This document shows, in pieces, positions 35,601 through 47,200 of a DNA stretch of 64,000 nucleotides; the stretch's first letter is position 1, and every line of letters starts with the position of its first letter. The stretch is from the NCBI GenBank assembly GCA_000004985.1, contig GG738856.1. The stretch is one strand, 5' to 3'. Below the pieces are notes generated by a model. That model saw only the letters and a program-made list of their open reading frames with translations. It was not told the DNA's origin and did not search any database. Source of the stretch: Naegleria gruberi. Lineage: Eukaryota. The position numbers were made by a program, and so were the translations under genes.

Positions 35601-36230
35601 ATTCATTTGATGCATATACAAGTGCTCTACCATCTTCTCTAACCACTTCCAGCACAACTTGTTTATCATTCTTCCATTCATCAGATGCATGTTCATGTGC
35701 TCTACCATCTTGTTTAACTGCTTCCAGTACTATTTCCATATCATTCTTCAATTCATCTGATGCGTATTCAAGTGCTCGACCATTTTTTTTAACTGCTTCC
35801 AGAACAATTTCATGGTCATTTCTCAATTCATCAGATGCATATCGAAGTGCTGAACCATCTTGTCTAACTACTTCCAGAACAATTTGTTTGTCATTCTTCC
35901 ATTCATCAGATGCATAACCAACTGCCCAACTATCTTGTTTACTAGCCTCCAATACAAATTCCATATCACTCTTCAATTCGTCGGATGCATATCGAAGTGC
36001 ACTACCATTTTTTTTTACAGCCGTTAAAACAATTTGTTTGTCATTTCTCAATTCATTTGATGCGTATTCAAGTGCCTCACCCTCTTGTTTGACAGCTTCC
36101 AGAACAATTTCATGATCATTTCTCAATTCATTTGATGCATATTCAAGTGTTGAACCATCTTGTTTGACAGCTTCCAAAACAACTTCCCTATCATTCTTCA
36201 ATTCATCAGATGCAAAGGTAAGCAAACAGC
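35601..36230. repeat. Tandem 75-bp coding repeat (DUF4116 half-repeats), 8 or more units, truncated by the gap
   Basis: Recurrent ...tcatcagatgcata...cttccag(a/t)aca... units with period 75 nt. Confidence 0.7.
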
Positions 36231-36531
36231 CGAGATTTCTAACTACTTCCTTGATGACTTGTTTGTCATTCTTGAATGCATCGGCTACACTCTCGAAATT
36301 GTGAGAGAATTTTTTGAAGTAATCCATCACGAAGGATCTATCGTGCATGAATTCGATTGGAAGAAATCGATCATCCACCCTATCACGATTATCCATCCAT
36401 TTGATCAAATCTGTTTGATAATTGTGGAACTTGTTTAGTAGATTTGAATAACATGTTCCAATTCCGAAATCTATTAACTCAATAATGACAGAACAAGTTT
36501 TGCAGTCATCATTGTGTTGTTGTTGGGACAT
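35601..36531 (-). CDS. DUF4116-repeat protein, long copy. N-terminus complete; the 3' part (8 or more 25-aa half-repeats) runs into the N-gap, so it is partial.
   Basis: Tandem 75-bp units encoding YASDELKND(x)EIVLEAVKQDGRALE. ATG at 36531. Confidence 0.6.
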
Positions 36532-36781
36532 TTTTTCGGATCTTAATTCCAAGTTTCGGCAGGATTACAAAACGAATGAGACCAACGGTCCAGTTCATTA
36601 ACAGGTTTGACTTGTTTGACCATTACATCCACCTTTTCTTGAATCCACCAGACAAGGGAATAAGTTAAATACAAATATTTAAAGTTGGTGCAATTCGAGA
36701 TCTAAAGGAAGTTAATACCGATCAGGTTCCTTTAAATTTTCAAAGTTCAAACTAAACAATTCGAAACTTCACATAAAAAAA

Positions 36782-38263
36782 ATGCCTCATCACAATCCAA
36801 ATAAATACATTAAATTCAACTCTCTAGCAGCCTGCATTCAGGACGACTATTATCCCATTGACGAAAGGGATGCCTATGAAGGATATGAGGACATTGATAG
36901 ATTTCAGGTTTTTAAAAGAATAATTCCTTTCGCCTTGATTCTCTATTCAGAGGAGGAAAAGAAATTTATATTCCAGACAAATTTGAAAGATGTGTGTCCA
37001 CAGAATACATCTCCAAAGTATTTACTTGTTCAACTTCAAGATTATTGCGATTTTAAACTTGCATTGATCAAGTTAGGTCAATTGGGGTTTTTTATGGATC
37101 GATCAAAGTTTATTATTTTGAAATATGTTTCTGAGAGAAGTGGAATATGTAAGAAATTTTATTCTTACCGCTCTTCTTTGCTATCTATTCAGGAATATTC
37201 CAATTCTGGTATTGAGTTATATATTTCTGATTGTGAGAAAATTTCAAAATTGAAAATTGACTTGTGTCAAGAAGATATTCTGAAAACAGAGATCAAATAC
37301 AGCTATTGTATAGGATCATCCTTAATTCCTTATAGACATTGGGCGAGCCATTTCTCATTTGACCACTCTGTTTCATTTTCATCTCAAATTATTAGAAATG
37401 GCCAAAGAGAGAATATTTATTTAGACTTTGATATCTCTCTGTTTCATTACGAAAATGCTACTCAACATATTGAATTTATGTGTGAACACCATTTTGAAAC
37501 CAAATATAGTTTACTAGTCAATCAGGAAAACAATGAAATATTTATAATGAGCTTTCTTCATAATTTCGAATTTCACAAAATGGAATTTTCACCAGATGAT
37601 AATTCATATCAAATGAATCCAGTTCATTTTGAAAGCAATGAGGATTGTAACTTTCGAGATATGTATGCAACCTCGTGTGCCATAACCAATAGCAAGTATT
37701 TGGTTATTATTCATGTGAATAGATGTAACATGAAGAGTGAAACATATCAGGAATTCTTCACTTCTGATGAGGTGAGGTGGATGCTTGTGGATTTGAACTC
37801 ATACAGTGTGAAAAGAGTTTATCCAATTGTTTATAATATTGAAAAGTTAAAGATGCTACAAATTTCCTCTGATGGTTTCCAAAGAGTTGAAAAAAGACCA
37901 CGGACAACCCAACTTTATTTGCAAGATGGTGATTTGAATGGTGGACGTACCGATTCTTCCTTAATTAATCGTACCTCTATTTCTCAAATCCGAATCAATG
38001 ATGGATTTGAACCAGAATTTTCACACCTATTTGCATTCAGACCATTTCAACATAATCCTGAACTATTTCAAGTCCACCTATCAGTTTCCTTAAATACACT
38101 TCATTCCTCATATAGCGACACTAAGATTAATAAGAAAAAGTATGGACACTTCTTTAGATTTTATTTCAAGTTTTCTAATGAAGCCACTTGCATCTTGGAA
38201 AGGTTATTGAAATTTGTAAGAGAAGGTCACTTTTCAGATGTCTCAATATCAATCAAGGAGTGA
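36782..38263 (+). CDS. Lineage-specific hypothetical protein (493 aa), intact copy of the 30456..31253 pseudogene. Divergently arranged with the DUF4116 gene.
   Basis: Continuous ATG ORF. 5' region about 98-99% identical to copy A. No recognisable domain. Confidence 0.5.
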   Translation: MPHHNPNKYIKFNSLAACIQDDYYPIDERDAYEGYEDIDRFQVFKRIIPFALILYSEEEKKFIFQTNLKDVCPQNTSPKYLLVQLQDYCDFKLALIKLGQLGFFMDRSKFIILKYVSERSGICKKFYSYRSSLLSIQEYSNSGIELYISDCEKISKLKIDLCQEDILKTEIKYSYCIGSSLIPYRHWASHFSFDHSVSFSSQIIRNGQRENIYLDFDISLFHYENATQHIEFMCEHHFETKYSLLVNQENNEIFIMSFLHNFEFHKMEFSPDDNSYQMNPVHFESNEDCNFRDMYATSCAITNSKYLVIIHVNRCNMKSETYQEFFTSDEVRWMLVDLNSYSVKRVYPIVYNIEKLKMLQISSDGFQRVEKRPRTTQLYLQDGDLNGGRTDSSLINRTSISQIRINDGFEPEFSHLFAFRPFQHNPELFQVHLSVSLNTLHSSYSDTKINKKKYGHFFRFYFKFSNEATCILERLLKFVREGHFSDVSISIKE

Positions 38264-38441
38264 TAGACGAGAAAATTCATAATCTATTTCAGGAATGATT
38301 CTTCATCATTACTCTGTGGAGGACTTGATACGAAACAATTCATTTCACTTTTCCTTACCTACACTAATAGATTTTTCATTCAAATTCTTCCTGTTATTAA
38401 TAAATTTGACAGATTTTTATTTTCTTGTTATACCTGCCTTC

Positions 38442-39549
38442 CTAATCTTGAAGTAATCTTCCATAGGTCTTGGCTTGTCTTTGATTGAGGAGTGGGAAAG
38501 CCTCTCTCCACAATCTCATTTGTTCAAAATCAAGTTCAGCAACTAATACGCTAGGTGTATCCCTTGGAGCTTCTTCCAACATCTGAATCATATTTCACAC
38601 ATTCGATTTTAATCATATTTCCAATAATCTATGTTAAACTTACCTTTCCTCCTGGTGCACAAATAAATGAAGACCCATAAAAGAAGAATTCAAATTCTTC
38701 CTTCAATTGAGTATTATTCTTTTCATTATATTCTCTAATTGCCTTGCTGACATTTGGACCAGCACTTTGTTTTCCAACTCTATTAGCAGCAGCAATGAAA
38801 ACTCCATTACAAATAGAATGAGAAACCATCATGGTTTTCCATTGTGGTTGAGTGTCCAAATCTTGATAGAGTGGTTCATTTCCAATACATGTTGGATAGA
38901 GAACCAATTCAGCTCCTTTCAATGCATAAATTCTGGCAAGTTCAGGAAACCACTGATCATAACAAGTTGGCACAGCAATCTTAATTAGACCAGTATCATG
39001 AACTGGATAATCATCATATCCTGCCTCGAAGAAATCAACTTCATTATAAGCAGGTCCTTCAGGAATATGTTGTTTTCTAGTCTTTCCAATCAATTGACCC
39101 TTTTCATTCACAATAATTGAAGTGTTATAATAATTAGTAGTGGAATTGCCTGTTTCATCATTTGTGTGAATAAATTTCTCAAATAAACTTCCAACAATAA
39201 TCACCTTATTGGATATGGCCAATTCACGACAGAATTGCAAAGTTCTCGACAATTGTCCAATCTCTTCATCGTGTCTTGTAGTTACTTGTTCCGAATTTTC
39301 ATTCTTTTCCAAAATAGCAACAGCTTGCATTAAATTCTCAGCTTGATCAAAGGTTTCTGGATTTAATTCCTTGGAGAGATCACCTGGATATCTCATCATG
39401 AACACCTCTTGGAGTAGAATGATTTGTGCATTTGCATTTGCTGCTTGTTTAACTTTATGTGAAATGTCTGATTTCAAGACAGTTAAATCTTCTGTCCAAT
39501 GACATTGAATGACACCTAACTTTACATTGGGACGATTGGAAGCACTCAT
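38442..39549 (-). CDS. Carbon-nitrogen hydrolase (nitrilase superfamily; N-carbamoylputrescine amidase / beta-ureidopropionase-like). 2 exons: 38644..39549 and 38442..38582.
   Basis: CN-hydrolase signature: LLQEVF (Glu), K in GKTRKQH, catalytic Cys in VPTCYDQWFPE. GTAAGT donor and CAG acceptor (61-nt intron). The second exon encodes VLVAELDFEQMRLWREAFPLLNQRQAKTY, typical of the C-terminus of these amidases. Confidence 0.75.
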
Positions 39550-39768
39550 TTCGAAATGAGTTGAGAATTTTTTTATGTTCAGAATTTAGGAGTTTTTATT
39601 GGTGTGGTGAGAATCTTGAGAGATTACAATAAGATATCTGATAGTCGTGGGTAAATTGCTTTATTTGGATTGGTTTCTAATGGAATGGTCACCTCATATA
39701 ATCTTTCTCATTCTATTAAGGATTGGTTCTCAATATAAGTGCAATTTTAAATATTTAATTTGTTGAAT

Positions 39769-40801
39769 TTACTTGGAAATTAGTTCTGAATCGGCTTCTC
39801 TGTTCAATGCTCTCGAAATTTCTATTTGAGAGAGTGAAAAAATATCGGTATCTAGGTGAGGTCGAATGGTTGTCTCTGATTGAGATTTGAAAATGTAAAT
39901 ATTCGTATTATTAAAAACAAAATTGAGAAGGTATTTCTCATGCTCGTCATGTGTTTTCTTTTTGTGGAATACCAATTTGGTTGATGAGCTAGCATCATCT
40001 TGATTCGAAAGAATGATTTGCTTTTTCGAATCGACTGAGTAAGCATCCTTAAGAAGTGCAGTCTTGAGTGGTAATTGATTCGAAAGTAAAACAATATTTT
40101 CCAATTGATCCTTATTTTCCATCAATAAATTGTAATACATTGAAAATGCACAATGTGGCATATAAACAAATGTCTTGTCATTCATTCGTCTCTTACATTC
40201 TTCATTAGTCATAATCCACTCAATCGAATACTTTTCCTTTAGGTAGGTATATAACTTGTTTCTATTTTCCTCATCCATTTTAATTTCAAAAATTGGATCA
40301 TACATGAAACATTGAATATGTTTCTTGTTGATTCATCTTCTCCTTAAGCCTTTCCAATAGAGAAAGTAATACTTTAAATTGTGAAAGTGCAATTTTATCC
40401 GTAACAAAATCTCCAATTCCATAACAAATCACCTGATGAGTAATATATTGATAATTATCATTGATGAAACAATTTAATATAAATTCAGATAATTTCTCTC
40501 TGACTTTTTCCAATTGGCTCTCAAATCGTATTGGATTAAACTCTATTAAATCTATCATCATCTTTCCTCCATGCGTACCCAATGAATTATTTGGATTTTG
40601 TTGTTCTTGTTCTGCTTGAGCCAATACTTTTCGTTTCTTTTTCCATGATGAAGCCATCATGAGAGCTTGTTGAGTATTATTTCCTCTCCTCTGATTGTTA
40701 TTATTATTATTGTTCGATACGATAGTAAATCCTCCATCGAGCATAATTGTCTCATGTGTTGTTGTTGGTTGCTCGGAATTTATGTTTGAATGTTGGCTCA
40801 T
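39769..40801 (-). CDS. SRR1-like protein, split into two overlapping frames by an apparent 1-nt frameshift at about 40300
   Basis: SRR1 motifs VICYGIGDF (upstream frame) and YDPIF ... FVYMPHCAFSMYYNLLMEN (downstream frame). The two frames abut at ...SMFHV*/MYDPIF with no room for an intron. Confidence 0.5.
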
Positions 40802-41008
40802 TTTTCTTTCTTTTATATTATTGAATTGTTATTATTTAATAATTCATTCTTTGATCAATTTGAAAGTTGTTATTAAAAGAGACGGAAATTCACAGTTAGC
40901 TAACTGGTGGCTGAACATGTTTTTCTTTTGTAAAATACATTGTCAATATACTATTGAACACTGGAACTCATTCACTTGTTTAAAAATAAACTAAAAAAAC
41001 GAGCAAAA

Positions 41009-41320
41009 ATGAGCCACGCACCAGAAGTTGATATGATGGAAGGTAAGTGATCAAAGCCAAGATTGATGGCAAACTCACACAATCATAATGATCAGATTCT
41101 GACTTTGATCCAGAAATGTTGGATCAAGACGAATTTATTGATCTTGTTGGAGGAGAATCAGGTGAAGCCGGAAAGAACATTCAACAAATTTTGAAGGACT
41201 CTCTAGTGGATAAAGACTTTTATAATGGTATGTACTCGTAATTTGTTAGAGTAGTTATTGACTGTCTTTTCTATTCATCCAGATTTCGATGATGATTTTG
41301 ATGATGAAGACTTGAAATAA
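41009..41320 (+). CDS. Small acidic protein (about 67 aa), 3 micro-exons: 41009..41043, about 41093..41230, about 41282..41320
   Basis: ATG followed by a GTAAGT donor. The CAG acceptor exon encodes DSDFDPEMLDQDEFIDLVGGESGEAGKNIQQILKDSLVDKDFYN. GTATGT donor. The final exon encodes DFDDDFDDEDLK*. Not in the ORF track. Confidence 0.45.
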
Positions 41321-41413
41321 GTCATCAGCAATAGTACTATAACAATTTTTTGTATATAATAATAACAATTTGTACAACATAATACACCACCTAATATTTA
41401 CAAGACTACACGG

Positions 41414-42544
41414 ATCTATTTTTTGGCACCAGGTATGACTGTTCTCTTTGCTTCTGCTCTTCTTTTAGCCTCTGTTGAATAACCATTAGCGAGTTGTTCA
41501 GTCGTTTTCAATTCAATCTTCTGGAGAACCTTCTTTCCTCTAACATTCTCCCAAGGATTCTTTTCCTCTCTTGCAAAATCATCAAGTTCTACTCCTGATT
41601 TTAATTTACTAGTTCATCATGGTCGATCGATTATTATTGTTGGAAAGTGAAAATACTTACATTGCAGCCAATTTGGATGAATTGGAATTTGGTTGAACCA
41701 TCTTGGAATAGTGACCGAATGGTGTAGCATCAAGTTTATCGTATTGTTCTACACCTAGCATGTCTTGTTTTCTCATATTGGATGATACCATCTTGGTTTC
41801 ACCTGGCTTTTTAGTCTTGTATTTAAAGGTATCTTTTGTCAATTCGAAAGGATCGTATTCATCCTCAAGAACAATATCTCTGAATACACCACCATTATTC
41901 TTATGTTTGTGATTGAGCCTATTGAGATATTCTTCAAACTTTAAACGTCTCTTCTTTTTTACTTCTTCAAATGGTAATTTGGCAAGATGTTCATCAATTT
42001 GATTCTGAATTGGATCAAAGACTCTTTCACACCACTCCTCGTAAATTTGTTGTCTCTTTCTCTCATCACCTTCCTCATAGGCAGCTAATTTTTCATTAAT
42101 GTCTTTCAAGAAGGTTTCTCTCTCCTCTAGAATATCATTCCACAACTCTTGAAACTTCTTTTCCGATTCCAGTTGCTTTTTAGACCTGATTTTTGCTGTT
42201 GTATCTTTAATCTTTTGAAAGTAAGCCTCTGTTTGTTGTTTCTTTTCCTCCTTCATAGTTTCCATCCTTGTTGTATTATTCTTGTTGTTTGTGGATGAGG
42301 TACCACTTGATGTTTTCCTTAGGGGAGCACTATTAGTCTTTTCTGGTTTTAATGTTTGGTCCACAGAAGAAGGTTTTTGAGGTGAAGGAATATAAACTTC
42401 TTCATTGGGATCAACATAATCATCAGGATAAACAATTCCATCAATAAGTTCCTTATACAATGTGGCATCATGAACAAAAAGTTGAGGTGATGTTAGTTGT
42501 TGAGGCGAATCGAGGGTTTGTTGTTTCGCCCTTGATGTTTGCAT
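41414..42544 (-). CDS. Hypothetical coiled-coil protein (about 300+ aa) with a probable small 3' exon at about 41414..41565
   Basis: Long ATG ORF with charged coiled-coil segments. GTAAGT donor at the ORF end. No family recognised. Confidence 0.4.
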
Positions 42545-42706
42545 TTTTATTTGTAGTTGGAATGTCGTTATTAAAGCGCCAAAATCAAAGATTTCAAATT
42601 TTTAAATATATTTATGATTTGGATTTATTGTTCTGTACAGTGAAAATGCTTAGGGGTTTGAAAGATATTTGGGGAGTGAAATTTAAATTGTAAAACCTAG
42701 TTGAAT

Positions 42707-43243
42707 TTAGAATTCTTGAGATGAAGCAGCAGAAGTTTCTTCTGATGACTTCTTACTACTCTTTTTATCACTACCTTTCTTGGCTGTTTGACCAGTTGGC
42801 AACAAGATGCTGTGAATGTTTGGAAGGACACCTCCGGAAGCAATAATAACTTCGGACAAGAGCTTATTCAATTCTTCATCGTTTCTGATAGCCAATTGAA
42901 TGTGTCTTGGGACAATTCTACCCTTCTTGTTATCACGAGCAGCGTTACCTGCAAGTTCGAGAATTTCAGCAGCCAAGTATTCCAAAACAGCAGCCATGTA
43001 AACTGGAGCACCAGCACCAATTCTTTCAGCATATCTACCTTCCTTCAAATATCTAGCCAAACGACCGACTGGGAATTGGAGACCGGCTCTGTTTGATCTA
43101 GATTGTGGCTTGGACTTTGGTCCCTTATGGGCTGGACGAGTACCAATCTTTTTCTTATTCTTCTTGTCCTTTTTGGTAGAAGTCTTGGTTGTGGTTTCTT
43201 CTTGTTCTTCTTCTGGGATGTTCTTTTCTGGTGAGGCTGGCAT
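42707..43243 (-). CDS. Histone H2A variant, H2A.X-like, with a C-terminal SQEF and an unusually long (about 50 aa) Lys-rich N-terminal extension
   Basis: Core [78 protein letters not shown]-terminal ...SSQEF. No canonical histone 3' stem-loop seen downstream. Confidence 0.85.
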   Translation of the reverse strand: MPASPEKNIPEEEQEETTTKTSTKKDKKNKKKIGTRPAHKGPKSKPQSRSNRAGLQFPVGRLARYLKEGRYAERIGAGAPVYMAAVLEYLAAEILELAGNAARDNKKGRIVPRHIQLAIRNDEELNKLLSEVIIASGGVLPNIHSILLPTGQTAKKGSDKKSSKKSSEETSAASSQEF

Positions 43244-44134
43244 TGTTAATGTTTTAGTTTAATGTTATTTTTTTGTTATTTGATTATTGTCAAGCAAGTG
43301 GAAGCTGATTTAAACGAAGAAAAAACGTAACAATTTTTTTGCGTTGTAATCTCATTTCATTTGGCGCGCATTAAAAGTGGTTCCAATTAATTTAAATGCA
43401 TTAGTAGAGGATTTGTAACGATATTTTTCGATCCTTCTTGACTGTTACTATTAAGTATGTGAAACAGAAAGTTATTCAACAGCAAGTCAATGAACAAAGA
43501 CAATTTGAAGATAATAACATGTTTATTGGTAATTTCTCATTATTAAATTCCTCTGTTTACCATTGTTGTCAAATTTAATGTATCCGAGGTTGTTGCACCG
43601 TTTGCTCACTCAAAGATTACTTTCAGTGCAAACCTGATTAATTAATTTCAAGATTACTTTCTATCACAGTATCATAGCCACATAACAAAAACATCAATGT
43701 CCTCCAATGAACATTGATAAGATATTATTAATAATACCTCACAGAAAGATGCACACTTCAAGCGCAACACATTTTTGTTGAAGGTGAAAAAGACCAAGAG
43801 AAGATTCGAAAGAGAGAAAAAATAAATCACAGAGAGCCTGGATTTTGCTTCAACCTCTTAACTGAAGAATTATAACAATATTTGAAAGAGACAAAAAAAT
43901 GTTGAAACAATCATCCCTCTCAGCACCGAACCAAGAAAAGACTGCTTTTTCATATAGTCATATCTTGGTTGTGCTCGCTAAAGAATTTCCTTCACTTGAG
44001 AAGGAAGTTACAACATTTCAAAAAAAGGTTTGTTTTTAATGGACAAAGTACATGATGGATAACAAAATGATATTATTGAAAAACAATCATCCGATTATTA
44101 AAATTAGATATCTAACTCTTCCGATACTGACCAA

Positions 44135-44146
44135 TATATTATAAAG
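44135..44146 (+). promoter_or_regulatory. TATA-like element (TATATTATAAAG) about 100 bp upstream of the midasin ATG
   Basis: Sequence motif in the 1-kb divergent intergenic region shared with the H2A gene. Confidence 0.3.
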
Positions 44147-44248
44147 GGTATTCAAACATATTTAATATCTTTATTTATTAAACAAGAATATACATACACT
44201 ATTGCTAGAATTTGTAAACCTATTTTACCACTTCTAGTTGCACAAGTA

Positions 44249-47200
44249 ATGGATAAACTGAACAATAACAACAATACAACGGATAGTAATTATGATACTA
44301 TTAATGCCATTACTAAAATTTTACCTTTATATCCTCAATTCAAAACATTCATCAAACAATATTTTAAGGATAGACCATCACTCATAGAATCTATTGTTAA
44401 TAACCATCAAGAAGACAAAATTGATCAAAAACAACTCATAACATTGTTGGAAATTACTTTACGATTATTAATTTTTGCACCATCTGATTTTTGTAAAATG
44501 TGGAATTGGTCACCATTCTTCTCGCTTTTAAAACACAAAAATAAGGATATCAAATCACTAACATCAAAATGTGTTTCAATTATATTGAAATTAGATGACC
44601 AATTTTTCAATTCAAAGATTGATAATTTAAAGACATATGTTTTGGAAGAAATTGAAAGTGAAGAATTAGTCCATTTGGAAAATACTCTTTCTTTCTATGA
44701 TGATACAGAGACTTCAAATATGGAAACAACAACAGAAGAAACAAGAGATAAACTCATCATTTCACACAAATCTGATTCTATGGTAAATGTTTGTGGTGTT
44801 TGGTTACACAAAAATCTTCGTGAAATTAAATCTTCCCAACAAAATATTTCAGCTGATAAGACTAAATTGATTTTCACAAAGACATCACTCGAAAATATGC
44901 GTTCATTGGCATTGGGAGTTGCACAAGAAAATCCTATTATTTTGGAAGGTATTATTGGTTCTGGTAAGACAGCCTACGTAGAAGAATTAGCAAGAATTAC
45001 AGGAAACACAGATCTTATCAAAGTCAATTTGGATGAATCTTTTGATAGTAAGGATTTATTAGGTACATATGTTTGTACTGATGTTCCAGGTGAATTCAGA
45101 TGGCAACCAGGTGCATTGACAAAGGCTGTCATGGAAGGAAGATGGATTCTTATTGAAGATCTTGATTTGGCTCCATTTGATATCATTTCATCGATTATTC
45201 CACTCGTAGAGTCAGGTAATCTTTTCCTTCCATCTAGAGATGAAATTATTCCAGCTTCAACTGGTTTCCAATTGTTTGCAACTCAAAGTCTTGTAGAATC
45301 ACTCAATGGAACAACAACAAGACAACGAGTTCTTCCAATGTCTAACTTGTGGACTAAGGTTAGGGTAAACAAATTACCATCTAAGGAGATTGAACATATT
45401 CTGAAAGTTAAATTCGAATCAATTCAACAATTAATTCCAAAGTTTATTGAAACATATGACGCTTTGAGAAGTGGTCATATTTCGGATGATTCTGAAAAAT
45501 CCGAGAAACAATCATCTGAATCAACACAGTTAAAGAGCTTTGGAAGACTTTTCTCATTCAGAGATTTACTCAAATGGTGCGAGAGAGTTCAACGATTTTA
45601 TGGACAAAAGATTCAAAAGAATCAAAACTATGTTTTAAGTCAAATTAAGAGAGACATTTTCCATGAAGCTATTGATGTATTTTGTGGTATGATTGCCAAA
45701 CATGACATTTATGATTCTGTTGTTGGAACACTTGCTCTTGTGTGGGAAATTTATAATTATGAAGAATATTTAAAGACTTATAAACCACAATTACATGAAG
45801 AAAAGGGAGTGATAACAGTCGGTAGAATTTCCCTAGAAAGAGATGAGAAGAATCTTGGAGAACTTCTTAACAAAAATAGTAACTTTGCTCACACCAAGCA
45901 AAGTTTAAGAATGATGGAAAGAGTTGGTGCCTGTATAAAGATGAACGAACCAATTTTATTGAACGGTGAAACTGGTGTTGGTAAAACTACTGCTGTTCAA
46001 TATTTGGCCAACTTGATGGGTAAAAAACTCCTTGTACATAACTTGAATCAACAAACAGACTCTGCAGATTTTATTGGTGGTTATAAACCAGTTGATTTGA
46101 AAATACTTGCAGCTTCTGTAAAGAGCAATTTTGAACAATTATTTTCAGTTACTTTCCCTTCAAAGGAAAACGAAGTAACATTGAAAAAAGTCAGAGATTT
46201 ATACACAAAGAAGAGCTGGGCTCAATTCATCATGATGTTGAATAAGATAATTGATCTTGCTGATCAAAAACTTTCAAAAGTTGATGAAGTAGTTGATGAA
46301 AAGTTAGAAGAAGTAGATTCAAAGAAGAGAAAGAAGACTCAAGGTTCTTCTTCTGGAACAAAGAAGCAAAAGACTTCTGATAAGACATCAACACTCAAAC
46401 AATATTGGACTAAATTCAAAGAAAGTGTTGACAAATTTAATCAACAACAAATACTTGTACAAAATAGCTTTGCTTTCTCTTTCGTAGAAGGTACCTTGGT
46501 TAAGGCTCTTAAGGAAGGTCATTGGATCTTACTCGACGAAATTAACTTGGCCTCTACAGAAACACTTGAAAGATTGAGCTCTTTATTAGAAGGTGAAGAA
46601 GGAACCTTATTCATTACTGAAAAAGGTGATACTGAACCAATTAAGAGACATCCAAACTTTAGAATTTTTGCTTGTATGAATCCTCCAACTGATATTGGTA
46701 AAAAGAATTTGCCACCTGGTTTGAGAAATAGATTTTCCGAGTTTTATGTTCACGAATTAACTGACAAGGACGACTTGAAGATTGTTGTTTCTAGATATTT
46801 GTCAACTGTACCACATCCACCAGTTGATGATATTGTTAATTTTTATTTGGACGTAAAGAAAAAGTCAGAAGCTGAACTTTCTGATGGTGCTTCCCAAAGA
46901 CCTCATTACAGTTTACGTACCTTGACAAGAAGTTTGGACTATGCCGTTTTTGTTATGAAGGACTATGGTATGGAAAGATCTCTCTATGAAGGTTTCTCTA
47001 TGGGTTTCTTAACCTTATTGAGTTCTGCTTGTTCATCCACAGTTGAAAAGATGATTAGAACTTGTTTCTTCAAACAAAAGAATGTTGATAATTCTCTTAA
47101 GCAAGCTCCAAGTCAACCAGCTAGTGGTGATTTTGTTTTGTTTAAACACTTTTGGTTGCCACAAGGTCAATTCGCACCAGAGCAACCAGCTGATTTTATT

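Larger units (their letters stand above)
31304..37600. repeat. Segmental duplication copy B (polybasic-peptide gene, 3.6-kb N-gap, long DUF4116 gene, intact gene X)
   Basis: Same as above; offsets of about 4.6 kb at the 5' part and about 6.3-6.4 kb at the 3' part. Confidence 0.8.

Noticed and set aside
31542-36552. Track ORFs of 1273-1554 aa consisting mostly of X residues
   Set aside because: These are artefacts of translating through the 3.6-kb N-gap. Only the flanking real sequence (polybasic peptide copy 2, DUF4116 long copy) is meaningful.
43260-44240. Possible ncRNA or tRNA in the 1-kb H2A-midasin intergenic region and in other long intergenic stretches (5200-6200, 15500-16900, 18300-19000)
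   Set aside because: I could not identify cloverleaf-compatible tRNA sequences or known snRNA motifs by eye. tRNAscan/Infernal would be needed, so no call is made.
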